A stretch of 64,000 nucleotides of DNA from a virus. Taxonomy: Duplodnaviria > Caudoviricetes. The stretch's first letter is position 1; each line of letters begins with the position of its first letter. A model generated the notes under the pieces. It was not told the origin of the DNA and made no database searches. It saw only the letters and a list, made by a program, of their open reading frames with translations. A program made the position numbers and the translations under genes. Shown piece after piece: positions 10,276 through 19,661 of the stretch. The stretch lies in IMG/VR virus record IMGVR_UViG_3300037067_025869, positions 10,850 through 74,849 of that record; one strand, 5' to 3'.

Positions 10276-10686
10276 TTATACTCGTTCGAGATTTGGATTC
10301 CAGAATAAACACTGAAGCCTAAGCCTATCAGTAGTTTCCAGAAAATATTTTAATTGTTCAATACTAATAAATTCCAAAAATGGAATATTCAATCTTATAG
10401 CTTCTTCTTGTTCCATATCCGCTCCCAGAGAAGGGATTTCAGCTCCAAAATTATCTCTTGGACGAATGCGAATAATTCCCTGACACATCTTAAGAATTTC
10501 AAAATCATACTCAAGCCATTCGGAAGCAGATCTTTCCCTGATTTCGTTTATATAATGAGTTAGAAGAGGAGCAATTGGAATATAGCCAAAATCTTTTAAT
10601 ACATTCCACACGTCAATTTGTAATTTGACCATTTTTAATTTATCCCCATTTGTATACGGTGAAGCAATATAGATCTTTTCTTTCAT
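10276..10686 (-). CDS. Nucleoside 2-deoxyribosyltransferase-like (DUF4406/DUF1937-type) protein
   Basis: KIYIASPYT...WLEYDFEILKMCQGIIRI...SLGADMEQEEAIRLNIP pattern. Confidence 0.7.
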   Translation of the reverse strand: MKEKIYIASPYTNGDKLKMVKLQIDVWNVLKDFGYIPIAPLLTHYINEIRERSASEWLEYDFEILKMCQGIIRIRPRDNFGAEIPSLGADMEQEEAIRLNIPFLEFISIEQLKYFLETTDRLRLQCLFWNPNLERV

Positions 10687-11045
10687 TTAGGTAAAACCCC
10701 AATTTTTCTAAAAATTTTTGTTAATATGGATTTATCGTCTAAAAGAAATTCCGAATGATTTTTACTGACTTTTTCTTGTTTTGATTTGATCTTAGATTTC
10801 TCATGAAACGATCTCATTTTAGACTCTATTATATCCTTAAGCTCTTGATAATGGATTTCTTCGAAATCCTTGTCATAAAAAACCTGAATATTTGAATCCA
10901 TAGTTACAGGGAGAAGAAATGTATAATATTCATCGTTAGCATTGGATTCATTAACTACTCGTTGAAGCTCATTCAGATTTTTTATAATTATATCCATTGA
11001 CATTCCTTCAACACAATAATTTATAACAAGAATTGGCTTTGCCAT
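10683..11045 (-). CDS. Hypothetical protein
   Basis: 120-aa ORF with ATGA overlap to the next gene; phage-like composition. Confidence 0.7.
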   Translation of the reverse strand: MAKPILVINYCVEGMSMDIIIKNLNELQRVVNESNANDEYYTFLLPVTMDSNIQVFYDKDFEEIHYQELKDIIESKMRSFHEKSKIKSKQEKVSKNHSEFLLDDKSILTKIFRKIGVLPK

Positions 11046-11047
11046 TT

Positions 11048-11278
11048 TTATGAATTTAATTTCTGATATTTTATTTCTTTTTTACCTTCATCCATCTCTA
11101 AAATGCCTAGTTCTTTTAAAGTACTAATCGATAGGATAATGTTATTTGGTGCTAAAGTAAATGGCGCTTCTTTAAAAGCAATTACTTGTTGAAGCATAAG
11201 ATGAAGGGTATAGTTGGGCAAGCCCTGCTCCCTATACTGTTCTTCAACCTCTTTAAGTTTTTCTAAATTGAGTCTCAT
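11048..11278 (-). CDS. Hypothetical protein
   Basis: 76-aa ORF tightly packed in the operon. Confidence 0.65.
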   Translation of the reverse strand: MRLNLEKLKEVEEQYREQGLPNYTLHLMLQQVIAFKEAPFTLAPNNIILSISTLKELGILEMDEGKKEIKYQKLNS

Positions 11279-11498
11279 ATATTTTCAATAATTTTATTTA
11301 ATCTCTTTACCATTTCTTCCATGCCCCATGTTTTTTCTTCTGATCCATTTAATTTTTAACTATTAATCGAGGTGTCATAAAATCTCTTATCATTATTTCT
11401 TGAATAAGTGTTATGGATTTAACCCCGATTTTTTCAAGATTCTCTTGGGTAGCTTTCTCCAAAAATATTAATATAGTTAATATATTTCTGCTTGCTTA

Positions 11499-12026
11499 TC
11501 ATTTTTTGTCTGTGCTTCCGAATCCATCAGCTCCTCTTGTAGTAGTTTTTTCTTCATAGAATTTTTCGAGAGTTTTTCCTTCTTCAACTTCTATATCTGA
11601 ATTGTATATTGGGATTTCGAGAAATTGGATGGCTTTCATCCCAGGGGTAATCATAGCTGGAATTGGAATATTACTAGTATTAATAAGACTAATATGTATT
11701 TCCCCCTGATACTCATAATCTACTACACAAGCACCCACAATTAATCCTGTTTTTGTAGCAACGCCAGATTTATTAGCAGCAATTAATGCTCTTCCAGAAT
11801 GTGCCATTTGGCAATGAATCCCCGAAGGAATAAGAATTCTATCTCCTTGTCTGAGATAAATTCCATCTTTTGAAATTTCGTTATTGTTCGGATTTTTTGC
11901 CTTTAGATCTCTAATGAATTCGGGGGTAAATTCAGGAACATAAAAATCTATTCCTGCATCATATTTATTAGCACGGCTGGGTGATTTAACGTCTCTTGTT
12001 TTAAGAAATTTTATTGATTCGATCAT
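11499..12026 (-). CDS. dut: Trimeric dUTPase
   Basis: DAGIDF, NKSG, ACVVDYEYQGEI and C-terminal RGADGFGST motifs. Confidence 0.93.
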   Translation of the reverse strand: MIESIKFLKTRDVKSPSRANKYDAGIDFYVPEFTPEFIRDLKAKNPNNNEISKDGIYLRQGDRILIPSGIHCQMAHSGRALIAANKSGVATKTGLIVGACVVDYEYQGEIHISLINTSNIPIPAMITPGMKAIQFLEIPIYNSDIEVEEGKTLEKFYEEKTTTRGADGFGSTDKK

Positions 12027-12067
12027 AATATATTTTTTATATTATAATCCTTAAAGAAGGAAAAGTT

Positions 12068-12274
12068 TTACTTAACGCCTATTTTTTGCATAAGTTTTTT
12101 TACAATATCCCAAGATATGAGGGTTCCATCTTTTCCTAATAGACCTTCTTTGCCAGCAAAAACCCTTGAAATTCCATCAATTTTGAAACCCTCATAATTA
12201 TGACCACCCATTTGAATAGTTTCATTAACGGGTTCGTCAATAGATTCTTTTACTAGTTTAACGGATTTTTTCAT
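12068..12274 (-). CDS. Small putative virion internal protein
   Basis: MKKSVKLVKESIDEPVNE leader rich in xxE sites; ends with KKLMQKIGVK. Confidence 0.6.
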   Translation of the reverse strand: MKKSVKLVKESIDEPVNETIQMGGHNYEGFKIDGISRVFAGKEGLLGKDGTLISWDIVKKLMQKIGVK

Positions 12275-13041
12275 TTTATAGTCTGTTTCATCGAATTTTG
12301 ATTTTCCTTGGCTTTTTTCTTCTTAAATGGAAGTTTTACCCCCATTTTTTTAGCTATTGCCACCCCCAATTTATCGTATGGCGAAATATTTGTTTCATTA
12401 AGCGATTCTTTAACCAGTTTTACTTTTTTTCTTTTCCTTTTCTTTTTCTGTTTCTGATTACCGCTTCCCCAGATATCTCCGGATCCTTTAACCCCCGATT
12501 GATAAAATTGATTCCCAGTAGTAGCAACTTGCTGAGCTGGTACAGCATTACTCATTCCTGGGACACTTCCCGCCCCGGTCATAGGAGCTCCCGTATCTTC
12601 ATTTATTGGATTTCCTTTTTCGTCATACCCCCAAGCTTTTCTCCGATATTTTTCTTCATATGGCTGAGAATAAATTTCTCTATTTAGAAAATCATCAATA
12701 GCTGATTTATAAGGAGGACTAAAATAATAAGGTCTCCCATTATAATTGATGAAATCTTCTAATGTAGCCCATGGTTTATTTGTATCCGTACTATAATCCC
12801 CTGAATTATCAGCAGTACAACGCATAAGTTTGCTTCTAAGGATATTTTCAATATCAAATGGGGTGTATTTTTCTTTTAAAAGCCATCGAATAATCCTCAT
12901 CCATTCATTATCACTATAGTAAAGACCATAAGAATAAGCCCGATTATCTCCAGATGTAGTTTTTTTAAAAATAACATTAGCAATACCAATACCCATGGTT
13001 TTTTTAGGGTCCTGACCCCGTAAGAATCCTGCTTTAGACAT
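12271..13041 (-). CDS. Modular putative virion internal protein with FxRGxDP leader
   Basis: Starts MSKAGFLRGQDPKKTMGIG; internal INE and VKESLNE junctions separate distinct sequence blocks. Confidence 0.7.
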   Translation of the reverse strand: MSKAGFLRGQDPKKTMGIGIANVIFKKTTSGDNRAYSYGLYYSDNEWMRIIRWLLKEKYTPFDIENILRSKLMRCTADNSGDYSTDTNKPWATLEDFINYNGRPYYFSPPYKSAIDDFLNREIYSQPYEEKYRRKAWGYDEKGNPINEDTGAPMTGAGSVPGMSNAVPAQQVATTGNQFYQSGVKGSGDIWGSGNQKQKKKRKRKKVKLVKESLNETNISPYDKLGVAIAKKMGVKLPFKKKKAKENQNSMKQTIK

Positions 13042-13052
13042 GAGAGCTAATT

Positions 13053-13505
13053 TTATGCTCCTCCAAAGGTTGTATGACCGCTGGTTCCACCGCTAGCAAA
13101 TGCAGTTTTAAGATTTACGGCTTCCATATTTTTCCATGCAACTTGAAGTTTTCCTTGAACATAGGTAGGGCTAGTTCTCCCATAGAATTTTGCAGAAGCT
13201 GCTTTTTCGAGATATTTCTGAAGCATTTCCAATGGAGCTTTTTCCGCCCATACCTTAAGTGTTTTTCTTCCAGCTTCGGGTGAATCAGCAACATAAGTTT
13301 TGAGAGCTACCCCCCAGGCAAATTTTCTAACGGATTTTTCATCATCTTTATTAAGACTCTCATATTCCTTATTTAAACCCTGAAATGCTTTTTTAAGCCC
13401 GGCAACAAAATCATTTACGATTGATTCGGAAACAGCATTCATTTCTTCGTTTAATTTTGCATAAGCACTCTCATTGAGAGATTCTGCTACTAATTGGATT
13501 TTCAT
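13053..13505 (-). CDS. Putative virion internal protein
   Basis: MKIQLVAESLNESAYAKLNEEMNAVSES leader; GAATATATAAA motif at 13521..13531 upstream. Confidence 0.65.
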   Translation of the reverse strand: MKIQLVAESLNESAYAKLNEEMNAVSESIVNDFVAGLKKAFQGLNKEYESLNKDDEKSVRKFAWGVALKTYVADSPEAGRKTLKVWAEKAPLEMLQKYLEKAASAKFYGRTSPTYVQGKLQVAWKNMEAVNLKTAFASGGTSGHTTFGGA

Positions 13506-13566
13506 AATAATTATTTTTATTTTATATATTCATTATTTTACAAAACTCTTAATATAAAGATAATTT

Positions 13567-14544
13567 TTATAGATTAAGAGAATCTATTAAGCGAGTTCTA
13601 ATTTTGCTAATTTTTTGAGCTATTTTAATATTTTCAGGATTATCGTCAAAAAATGTTATATCATCATATTTGTCTGCTAAGCTTTGTAGAATCTTTCTTT
13701 TCTCCTCCGGTATATTAATTTCCCCTTTATCATCACCAATAGTTATAATATGATCCTCAGGAATATCAATTCCATTTCTTCTAAAAAAAGTCCAAATAGG
13801 TATTTTAGCAATAGCTGATCTAGCTGTAAGTATAAAAATTTCTGAAGTGCTTCTTCCCTGTTTAATAGCTGCATCCATATTTTGAAGAGCAGGCCACATT
13901 TTATATGGTTTTGCTTTTAAAATTATTCTGGGGTCCTTAAATTCAGAAACATCTATTTCTTCATCTTCAGCTTTCTGATAAAAATTAAATTCTTCCGGGG
14001 TTAATGATTTTAGGAACTTACCTGCTTTATAAACATGAACTTTTGCATCAGTTTTTACCAAAGTATCATCAAAATCCCAGATATACGCCTTGGTCTTTCT
14101 ATTTACTGTTTTTGCTCTCATTCTATTTTCTTTAAGAGGAAAAGATTTAATTTTTTCTATTTGTTCTTTAATTTTTTCAAGTCTTCGAACAGTTCTCCAT
14201 TCATGATTAGCATCAGCATTTTTAATTGCCCCCTCAAGGTCTGCTCCTCTTTTTTGAATTATATGTATTGCTACCTCGTCATTTTTTTCCCAAGCTAAAA
14301 CTTTCAATATTTCATGCTCCTGAGAATTTATATCAAGGCCTTGCGATAAAAGATAATCCATAAGATCAGATCTTTTTGCTGTAGCACAACTAATGAAATA
14401 TCCTATTTCGTCCATGCTTTCAGTATTTTTCTCTTGAGATTTAGCCAATTGTTTAATTTGACCCATCATTCCTATGCCAATAGCATTTTTTGGATCTATG
14501 TCTCGGCTAAAATTCAATACTTCGCTGATAATTATAGCTCTCAT
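13567..14544 (-). CDS. FxRxxDP-leader protein fused to a HAD-family phosphatase
   Basis: N-terminal MRAIIISEVLNFSRDIDPKNAIGIG plus a short helical (ankyrin-like) region; C-terminal WDFDDTL...ILTARS...FFDDNPEN are intact HAD motifs I, II and IV. In-frame internal ATG at 14121 (MRAKTVN). Confidence 0.8.
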   Translation of the reverse strand: MRAIIISEVLNFSRDIDPKNAIGIGMMGQIKQLAKSQEKNTESMDEIGYFISCATAKRSDLMDYLLSQGLDINSQEHEILKVLAWEKNDEVAIHIIQKRGADLEGAIKNADANHEWRTVRRLEKIKEQIEKIKSFPLKENRMRAKTVNRKTKAYIWDFDDTLVKTDAKVHVYKAGKFLKSLTPEEFNFYQKAEDEEIDVSEFKDPRIILKAKPYKMWPALQNMDAAIKQGRSTSEIFILTARSAIAKIPIWTFFRRNGIDIPEDHIITIGDDKGEINIPEEKRKILQSLADKYDDITFFDDNPENIKIAQKISKIRTRLIDSLNL

Positions 14545-14580
14545 ATTTTATATATTTCAACTCTAAATGCGGGAAAACAA

Positions 14581-14605
14581 AAAACCCTCTAAAAAAGAGG
14601 GTTTT
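14581..14605. terminator. Bidirectional intrinsic terminator
   Basis: AAAACCCTCT-AAAAA-AGAGGGTTTT. Confidence 0.75.
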
Positions 14606-14626
14606 TCTATATTTTAATTTTATAGT

Positions 14627-16069
14627 TTATAGTTTATCAACGATCTTCTGAGCAACTTTATCAGCAATTTTATCTGCTAAAGTATCAGCTGGAGCATCCA
14701 TTACATCTGCCGGGCCTTCTGTAGCCTCTTCAAGATCAAGTGAGAAATCATCGGATTTTTCCCCCGCTTCTTCGCCATCTCCAAGATCAAGGTCAAAATC
14801 CTCTGTTCCTTCTTCGTCTTCTCCCTCCTCGCCTTCGGGTTTTTCTTCATCTTCTACTTCAATTTCACCGCCAAACATTTCTTCAACGTCTACGCCTTTT
14901 TCCTCAAGCCACCCTTTGAGTTTTTCCCAGTAGTCAACAGAAACTTTAATCTTTTCTTCTGTGGTAGGTTCCTCTTCACCTTCGGCTGCTTCTCCTAAAT
15001 CGGGACTTTCTGTATGTTTTTCTTCGTCTTCGTCTTCTTTTTCTTCGCTTTCTGTATTTTCTTCTTTTTCTTTTTCATCTTCAACTTTTTCAGCAGGAAC
15101 TCCAAGTTCATCGAGTTCTTTGACTGCTTCTTCAGCATTAGTTACAGTGATAATGAACTCTGTAATTTCTACCTTTTCGTCTTCAGATTCTTCACCTTCT
15201 GGTTTTTCTTCTTTTTCTTCGCCCTCTTCACCTTTAGATTCTTCTTCTTTTTCTTCTTCACCGCCGAGATCTAAATCATCAAATGAGAGTTCGTCCTCCT
15301 CTTTCTTTTCTTCTTCAGCTTCATTTATCTTTTTACCACCTTTTTCTTCTGGAAATTTGGAAAATTCATTTTCGTCTTTATCCTGTTCTGGCTCTAATTG
15401 ATTATGAAGATTTTTATCAAGTTTACCATCTAATTTATCTTTTCTTTTTTCAGTTCTAGCAATAGGATCTTTTCCCATAATTTCAGCTTTTTCAGTAAGT
15501 TCTTGAGCTCTCTTAGCCTTTATTCTTTCAATGATAGCTTCAATTTTAGCTTTTCTAAATTCGATGATAGATTCTTTACATTCGCATTTTTCTTTTTCCT
15601 TTCCGCATGTTTCGCATTCTTCTTCCCCTTCGGTACCATCATAAATGCCTTTTCTAGGATAACCTTTCTTAGTATCTACAAAATCATAATCATCTTTGAT
15701 CTCTGTTTTCTTTTCCGTAAGAGGGGTGGAGACAAAACGATCAGCTAATCTTTTACCTACTGGTGATAATTTGAAGAATGCTTGCCCTTCTTTAGATTCA
15801 GCTACAAAGAACTGAGAATTTCTTTTTAACCACATAATAGCAGAAGCATTTGGATTTTTACTACATTCATTTAAGTCAGCAATAAATCTTTTTAATTTCC
15901 CCTTAGATACACGCTGATTTTCAGCTACATAAGCGAGAACCTGATTCCTAATTGGAGCATTAACTCCAACTACTACTGGTTTTTTTTCACCATATCCCCT
16001 TTTAAGTGTTATAGATTTTGACTCATTTAAATATTGATCAAGAGTCATTGGAACATAATTCATTTTCAT
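14627..16069 (-). CDS. Highly acidic putative prohead core/scaffold-type protein
   Basis: Glu-rich C-terminal two thirds; many LNE/LTE/INE/LEE sites; GAATATATAAATA motif at 16135..16147 upstream. Confidence 0.55.
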   Translation of the reverse strand: MKMNYVPMTLDQYLNESKSITLKRGYGEKKPVVVGVNAPIRNQVLAYVAENQRVSKGKLKRFIADLNECSKNPNASAIMWLKRNSQFFVAESKEGQAFFKLSPVGKRLADRFVSTPLTEKKTEIKDDYDFVDTKKGYPRKGIYDGTEGEEECETCGKEKEKCECKESIIEFRKAKIEAIIERIKAKRAQELTEKAEIMGKDPIARTEKRKDKLDGKLDKNLHNQLEPEQDKDENEFSKFPEEKGGKKINEAEEEKKEEDELSFDDLDLGGEEEKEEESKGEEGEEKEEKPEGEESEDEKVEITEFIITVTNAEEAVKELDELGVPAEKVEDEKEKEENTESEEKEDEDEEKHTESPDLGEAAEGEEEPTTEEKIKVSVDYWEKLKGWLEEKGVDVEEMFGGEIEVEDEEKPEGEEGEDEEGTEDFDLDLGDGEEAGEKSDDFSLDLEEATEGPADVMDAPADTLADKIADKVAQKIVDKL

Positions 16070-16192
16070 AATTTTAATATTTTATTTTATAATATTTTTT
16101 AATTTAGAATAATCCAACATTAATTCTTTAGATATATTTATATATTCACACTTATTTATAATGATTTGTGACTTTTAATTAACATTAAAGTT

Positions 16193-17005
16193 TTAAAATT
16201 TCCCCTCTTCCCAATCATATTTAGAATCATTCTCTGCTTTATCGTCTAGTAGATCCTTATATTCTTCCATCGATATTTCTTCAACATCATCATATATTTC
16301 ACCAATTTTTTCAATAACATCTACAAATTCCATATCTGGATCAAATTGCATGGTTTCGAGAGGTTCTTCATCCCCTTGAACAACTCTTATCTTCCAAAAT
16401 GAGTCTTCTTTATTTCTATAAACCTTTGCAATAATTTCATCTTCTTCATCGGCATTAATTCTAATTGCAAAAACATAATCAGGATTTAGATCCTCATCTG
16501 TAGCTTGTTGTTCATCTTCGATATCTCTATAATCTAAAAAATCCTCTTCATCTGCACTGTCCTCAAATTCTTCATTCATTTTAAGAAGCCAATTCCGATC
16601 CATTTCATTTAGTTCGTTAAATAAATCCGATATTTTTTCTGATTCCACTGTTGTCGAAGTTCCAGCTGATACTGGCTCTTTATTTTCAGGTTTGGTTGTT
16701 TCCCCTGATTGAACCTGAGCATCTTTTCCCTGCAGTTGAGCTGCTTTGGTTTCAATAGCAATGAGATTTTTGGTGAGAATATTTATTTCATTATCTTTTT
16801 GATTCATTTGTTTCATAAGAAGATCTTTTTGTGTTTGTTTATCAGCTATTTGTTTTTTAACTGCTAAATACTGATTCGATAGGGAAGCTGGAATAACAAC
16901 ATCTTCATTTAGCCCTTCCAATATTTCTTCCCCCAACATTATCATATGATCATTTTCCCAAGCTTCCCCATTCATTTCTTCTATGATTTTATCAAGATTT
17001 ATCAT
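16193..17005 (-). CDS. Acidic coiled-coil hypothetical protein (likely head-associated)
   Basis: LNE sites, coiled-coil segment, acidic C-terminus. Confidence 0.6.
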   Translation of the reverse strand: MINLDKIIEEMNGEAWENDHMIMLGEEILEGLNEDVVIPASLSNQYLAVKKQIADKQTQKDLLMKQMNQKDNEINILTKNLIAIETKAAQLQGKDAQVQSGETTKPENKEPVSAGTSTTVESEKISDLFNELNEMDRNWLLKMNEEFEDSADEEDFLDYRDIEDEQQATDEDLNPDYVFAIRINADEEDEIIAKVYRNKEDSFWKIRVVQGDEEPLETMQFDPDMEFVDVIEKIGEIYDDVEEISMEEYKDLLDDKAENDSKYDWEEGKF

Positions 17006-17023
17006 AATAATTCTTTATTTTAT

Positions 17024-18814
17024 TTATTTTCGAAGTATCTTGCCATTCCAGGTCTTCCATTCACTTTGAAAGGAATCCCATAATCCCCATATACTTTGGG
17101 GGGTTACTGTCTTAAAAGTAACAAAATCCATATCTTCAATAGCTCTAAATGCATGAAATTGATCCTTATTTTCCAATTCCCCAATATTTAGATTCTTTTC
17201 CACAGCAATTCTTTCATCCATAACTTCTTCTTCAAAATAAAGTTGCAAAGATAATTCGCTTTTCTTTGTTGAATCCGTTATAATTACAATAGGTTCATAT
17301 TTAGGCCGGACAGTATCAAAAATACTATATAAATCCCAGTCATTTAATAGAAAGAATGCGGGGACAACATCTTTGTTAGAATTAGCAAATGCTTTCATTT
17401 GAGCCCGGACAAGACCATCCGTAAAGAAAAAATTCTCTCCCCTAACTCTTCTGGAATTGCCTACGGAAACAATAATTACAGGACATTTCCACATATTTTG
17501 AATTGAGCGTATATTATCCTCCTGAGATTTTGTAAATGGTTTGAAATCTGTAATATAAATAGCACATTTTTCTAATCCGGGTTTTCCTTTTTTCCCTTTA
17601 GGCTCAAAAGTTTTCTGGATAGAAGCAATAACTCTCATATTATCAACATCAGAAGCGACCTTTCTAGCTATAGCATCTACAACAATATTATCAGATTTTT
17701 CAGTAATCATTTGGGTATCAGCAAATGGGCTCTCCCGAATAGGGTTAAGAATTTTCTCGCTTATTAGATAAACATAACTATTAAATTTATTAATGGCTGA
17801 TTCATTAAGAAGACCATATTCTTTTTTATACTTTCGAAGAGAGGAAAGTATAACTCTAAATATAGACTCATAAAGTTTTCCCCCGCTTTCAAGAAGTTCA
17901 AGGGTTTTTTTATTTTTGATTAATAATAGATTTAATCCTCCAGCATATCCAAAATTAGGAGGGGTAAGATATTCCGGCTTCATCCCTTCCGTAACAGAAG
18001 GACTTTCACAATAATGATTAAATATATCACACACTATTTCTAGATACATATCATCGGGATTTTTGCCTTCCAATATGGGAAACGGGTATCTTTCTAGAAA
18101 ATTATTAAGGCTTAATATTGTAAGATCATAAAAATCCCTAGAGAATTCAGCTTTTTGATAAGACTCATTCAAAAGTTCAAATTCATAAGAAACAATTTGA
18201 GCTAATCTTTCCCCGTCTGAAATTATAATTCCTTCAATAATATTTTGTTTAGAATAAGTTCCATTGAATCTATTGATTAGAAGTTCGCTTAAATTATCTT
18301 CGATATTATCATAGTCCCCATTAGCATATTCCAATAGAGCTTTCTTTTGTTCCTTGGATAATTTGCCCTTAAATATTACAGGGGGTCTTCCTAGTTGAAG
18401 TATTTCAGCCCACTGTTGTAATTCATTATAATCAAAAGATTCAACAACTTTATTATTTTTTCTACGAGTTATATCTGTAATAAGATATTTTGGCAGTTTA
18501 GTATAGGGAATTCTTATTGGCCTTTCAACCGGTGTATAAGCTAATCCGAAACAAATTCCTTCTGGTATCTTTGCTTCATTCAAAATAATGGAAAGCTCTA
18601 TAATAGCATCCTCCCAAACATTGGTGAGAACTCTTGAAATTAATCCTAACTCTGTATTATCTTTCTTATAGAATTTAATTTCCCCATTTACATTTTCAAA
18701 AAGAATTCTATAAGTATCGAGTTTTTCAGTAATGATTAGTTCTTCATTTAGAAATTCATCAACGTACTTAGATCCATTTTTTTGTAAAATCTTCTGTAAC
18801 GTATTTAATGCCAT
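17024..18814 (-). CDS. Fusion of a ligase-like nucleotidyltransferase fold and a HIGH-type nucleotidyltransferase fold, both with degenerate motifs
   Basis: ITEKLDTYRI (motif I KxDG with G->T) and EGIII (motif IV-like); C-terminal IYITDFKPFTKSQ aligns by eye with GxFxPxHxGH but has lost both His residues. Confidence 0.55.
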   Translation of the reverse strand: MALNTLQKILQKNGSKYVDEFLNEELIITEKLDTYRILFENVNGEIKFYKKDNTELGLISRVLTNVWEDAIIELSIILNEAKIPEGICFGLAYTPVERPIRIPYTKLPKYLITDITRRKNNKVVESFDYNELQQWAEILQLGRPPVIFKGKLSKEQKKALLEYANGDYDNIEDNLSELLINRFNGTYSKQNIIEGIIISDGERLAQIVSYEFELLNESYQKAEFSRDFYDLTILSLNNFLERYPFPILEGKNPDDMYLEIVCDIFNHYCESPSVTEGMKPEYLTPPNFGYAGGLNLLLIKNKKTLELLESGGKLYESIFRVILSSLRKYKKEYGLLNESAINKFNSYVYLISEKILNPIRESPFADTQMITEKSDNIVVDAIARKVASDVDNMRVIASIQKTFEPKGKKGKPGLEKCAIYITDFKPFTKSQEDNIRSIQNMWKCPVIIVSVGNSRRVRGENFFFTDGLVRAQMKAFANSNKDVVPAFFLLNDWDLYSIFDTVRPKYEPIVIITDSTKKSELSLQLYFEEEVMDERIAVEKNLNIGELENKDQFHAFRAIEDMDFVTFKTVTPQSIWGLWDSFQSEWKTWNGKILRK

Positions 18815-18850
18815 AATTTAAATTTATTTGTTATAATTTATATATTAAAA

Positions 18851-18873
18851 AAAGGGATGCTCTGCGTCCCTTT
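18851..18873. terminator. Intrinsic terminator
   Basis: AAAGGGATGC-TCT-GCGTCCCTTT flanked by A/T runs. Confidence 0.65.
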
Positions 18874-18879
18874 ATATCT

Positions 18880-19002
18880 TTAACCCCCACAGCATTTACG
18901 TTTTCTGGGTAGAATAAACCTGAAATTTTTTAAGAGAGGTTTTTGTCTTTCCGGCGGTTTTGGCCCTGGTTTTTTATGAAGTTTTGGCCCCAGTATTTTC
19001 AT
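18880..19002 (-). CDS. 40-aa basic Pro/Lys-rich peptide
   Basis: Below the track cut-off. ATG overlaps the upstream TAA (TAATG): MKILGPKLHKKPGPKPPERQKPLLKNFRFILPRKRKCCGG. Confidence 0.55.
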   Translation of the reverse strand: MKILGPKLHKKPGPKPPERQKPLLKNFRFILPRKRKCCGG

Positions 19003-19511
19003 TACTTGCTTTCTTTAAGTTCACAATTAATTTCATGCAATAATTCTTTAATGTTTTTAACAAAAGATTCTTTAAATGTTTCGAAAATAACTTCAGAAGG
19101 GAGAACACCAGATAAATCCGAAGCTTTTACTTCGTTATATATTTCATCTACCACATTGTATAATTTATATTTTAACTCACTTTGACGAAGGGTTTCACTA
19201 ATAACAATGTTGGCTTTTTCTTTCAAAAAATTCTTTTTTTGATCTGCAGAAGAATGCTCATTAAGAGCACGTCCTCTCGTATTTAAAAACTTAATTCCCA
19301 TTTCACTTATGCCTTCAGATTCGGACCAGTAGGAATTAAGTTCCAATAAAAATATATTCTGAGCTTTTTCAGAAAGCTGTTTAAATTCTGGTATTCCATA
19401 CTTTTCTAAGAGAGTATTATAAACCTTTGTAAACTGCCCAAGAACCTTACTTTCAACAAGATTATCTTCTTTAGTTTGCTTCTCCTTCAGTATAGTATTG
19501 AATTTTCTCAT
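19002..19511 (-). CDS. Putative virion internal protein
   Basis: MRKFNTILKE...LVES leader; doubled AATATATAA motif upstream. Confidence 0.65.
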   Translation of the reverse strand: MRKFNTILKEKQTKEDNLVESKVLGQFTKVYNTLLEKYGIPEFKQLSEKAQNIFLLELNSYWSESEGISEMGIKFLNTRGRALNEHSSADQKKNFLKEKANIVISETLRQSELKYKLYNVVDEIYNEVKASDLSGVLPSEVIFETFKESFVKNIKELLHEINCELKESK

Positions 19512-19661
19512 AACAAGAGGATTTTATTTTATATATTATATATTTGTTCATTTTTTTATAAATTGCGATTTTTTTGCTTTAAATGAAAATATATGACTAT
19601 TTTTAAATTTCGGCATAATATTCTCATATATTATAGTAAAAACCCAAATAATATTTTAACT

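Noticed and set aside
11281-11498. Small ORFs between dut and the next gene
   Set aside because: Only a 22-aa ORF, a 13-aa ORF and a start-less 44-codon frame; none is supportable.
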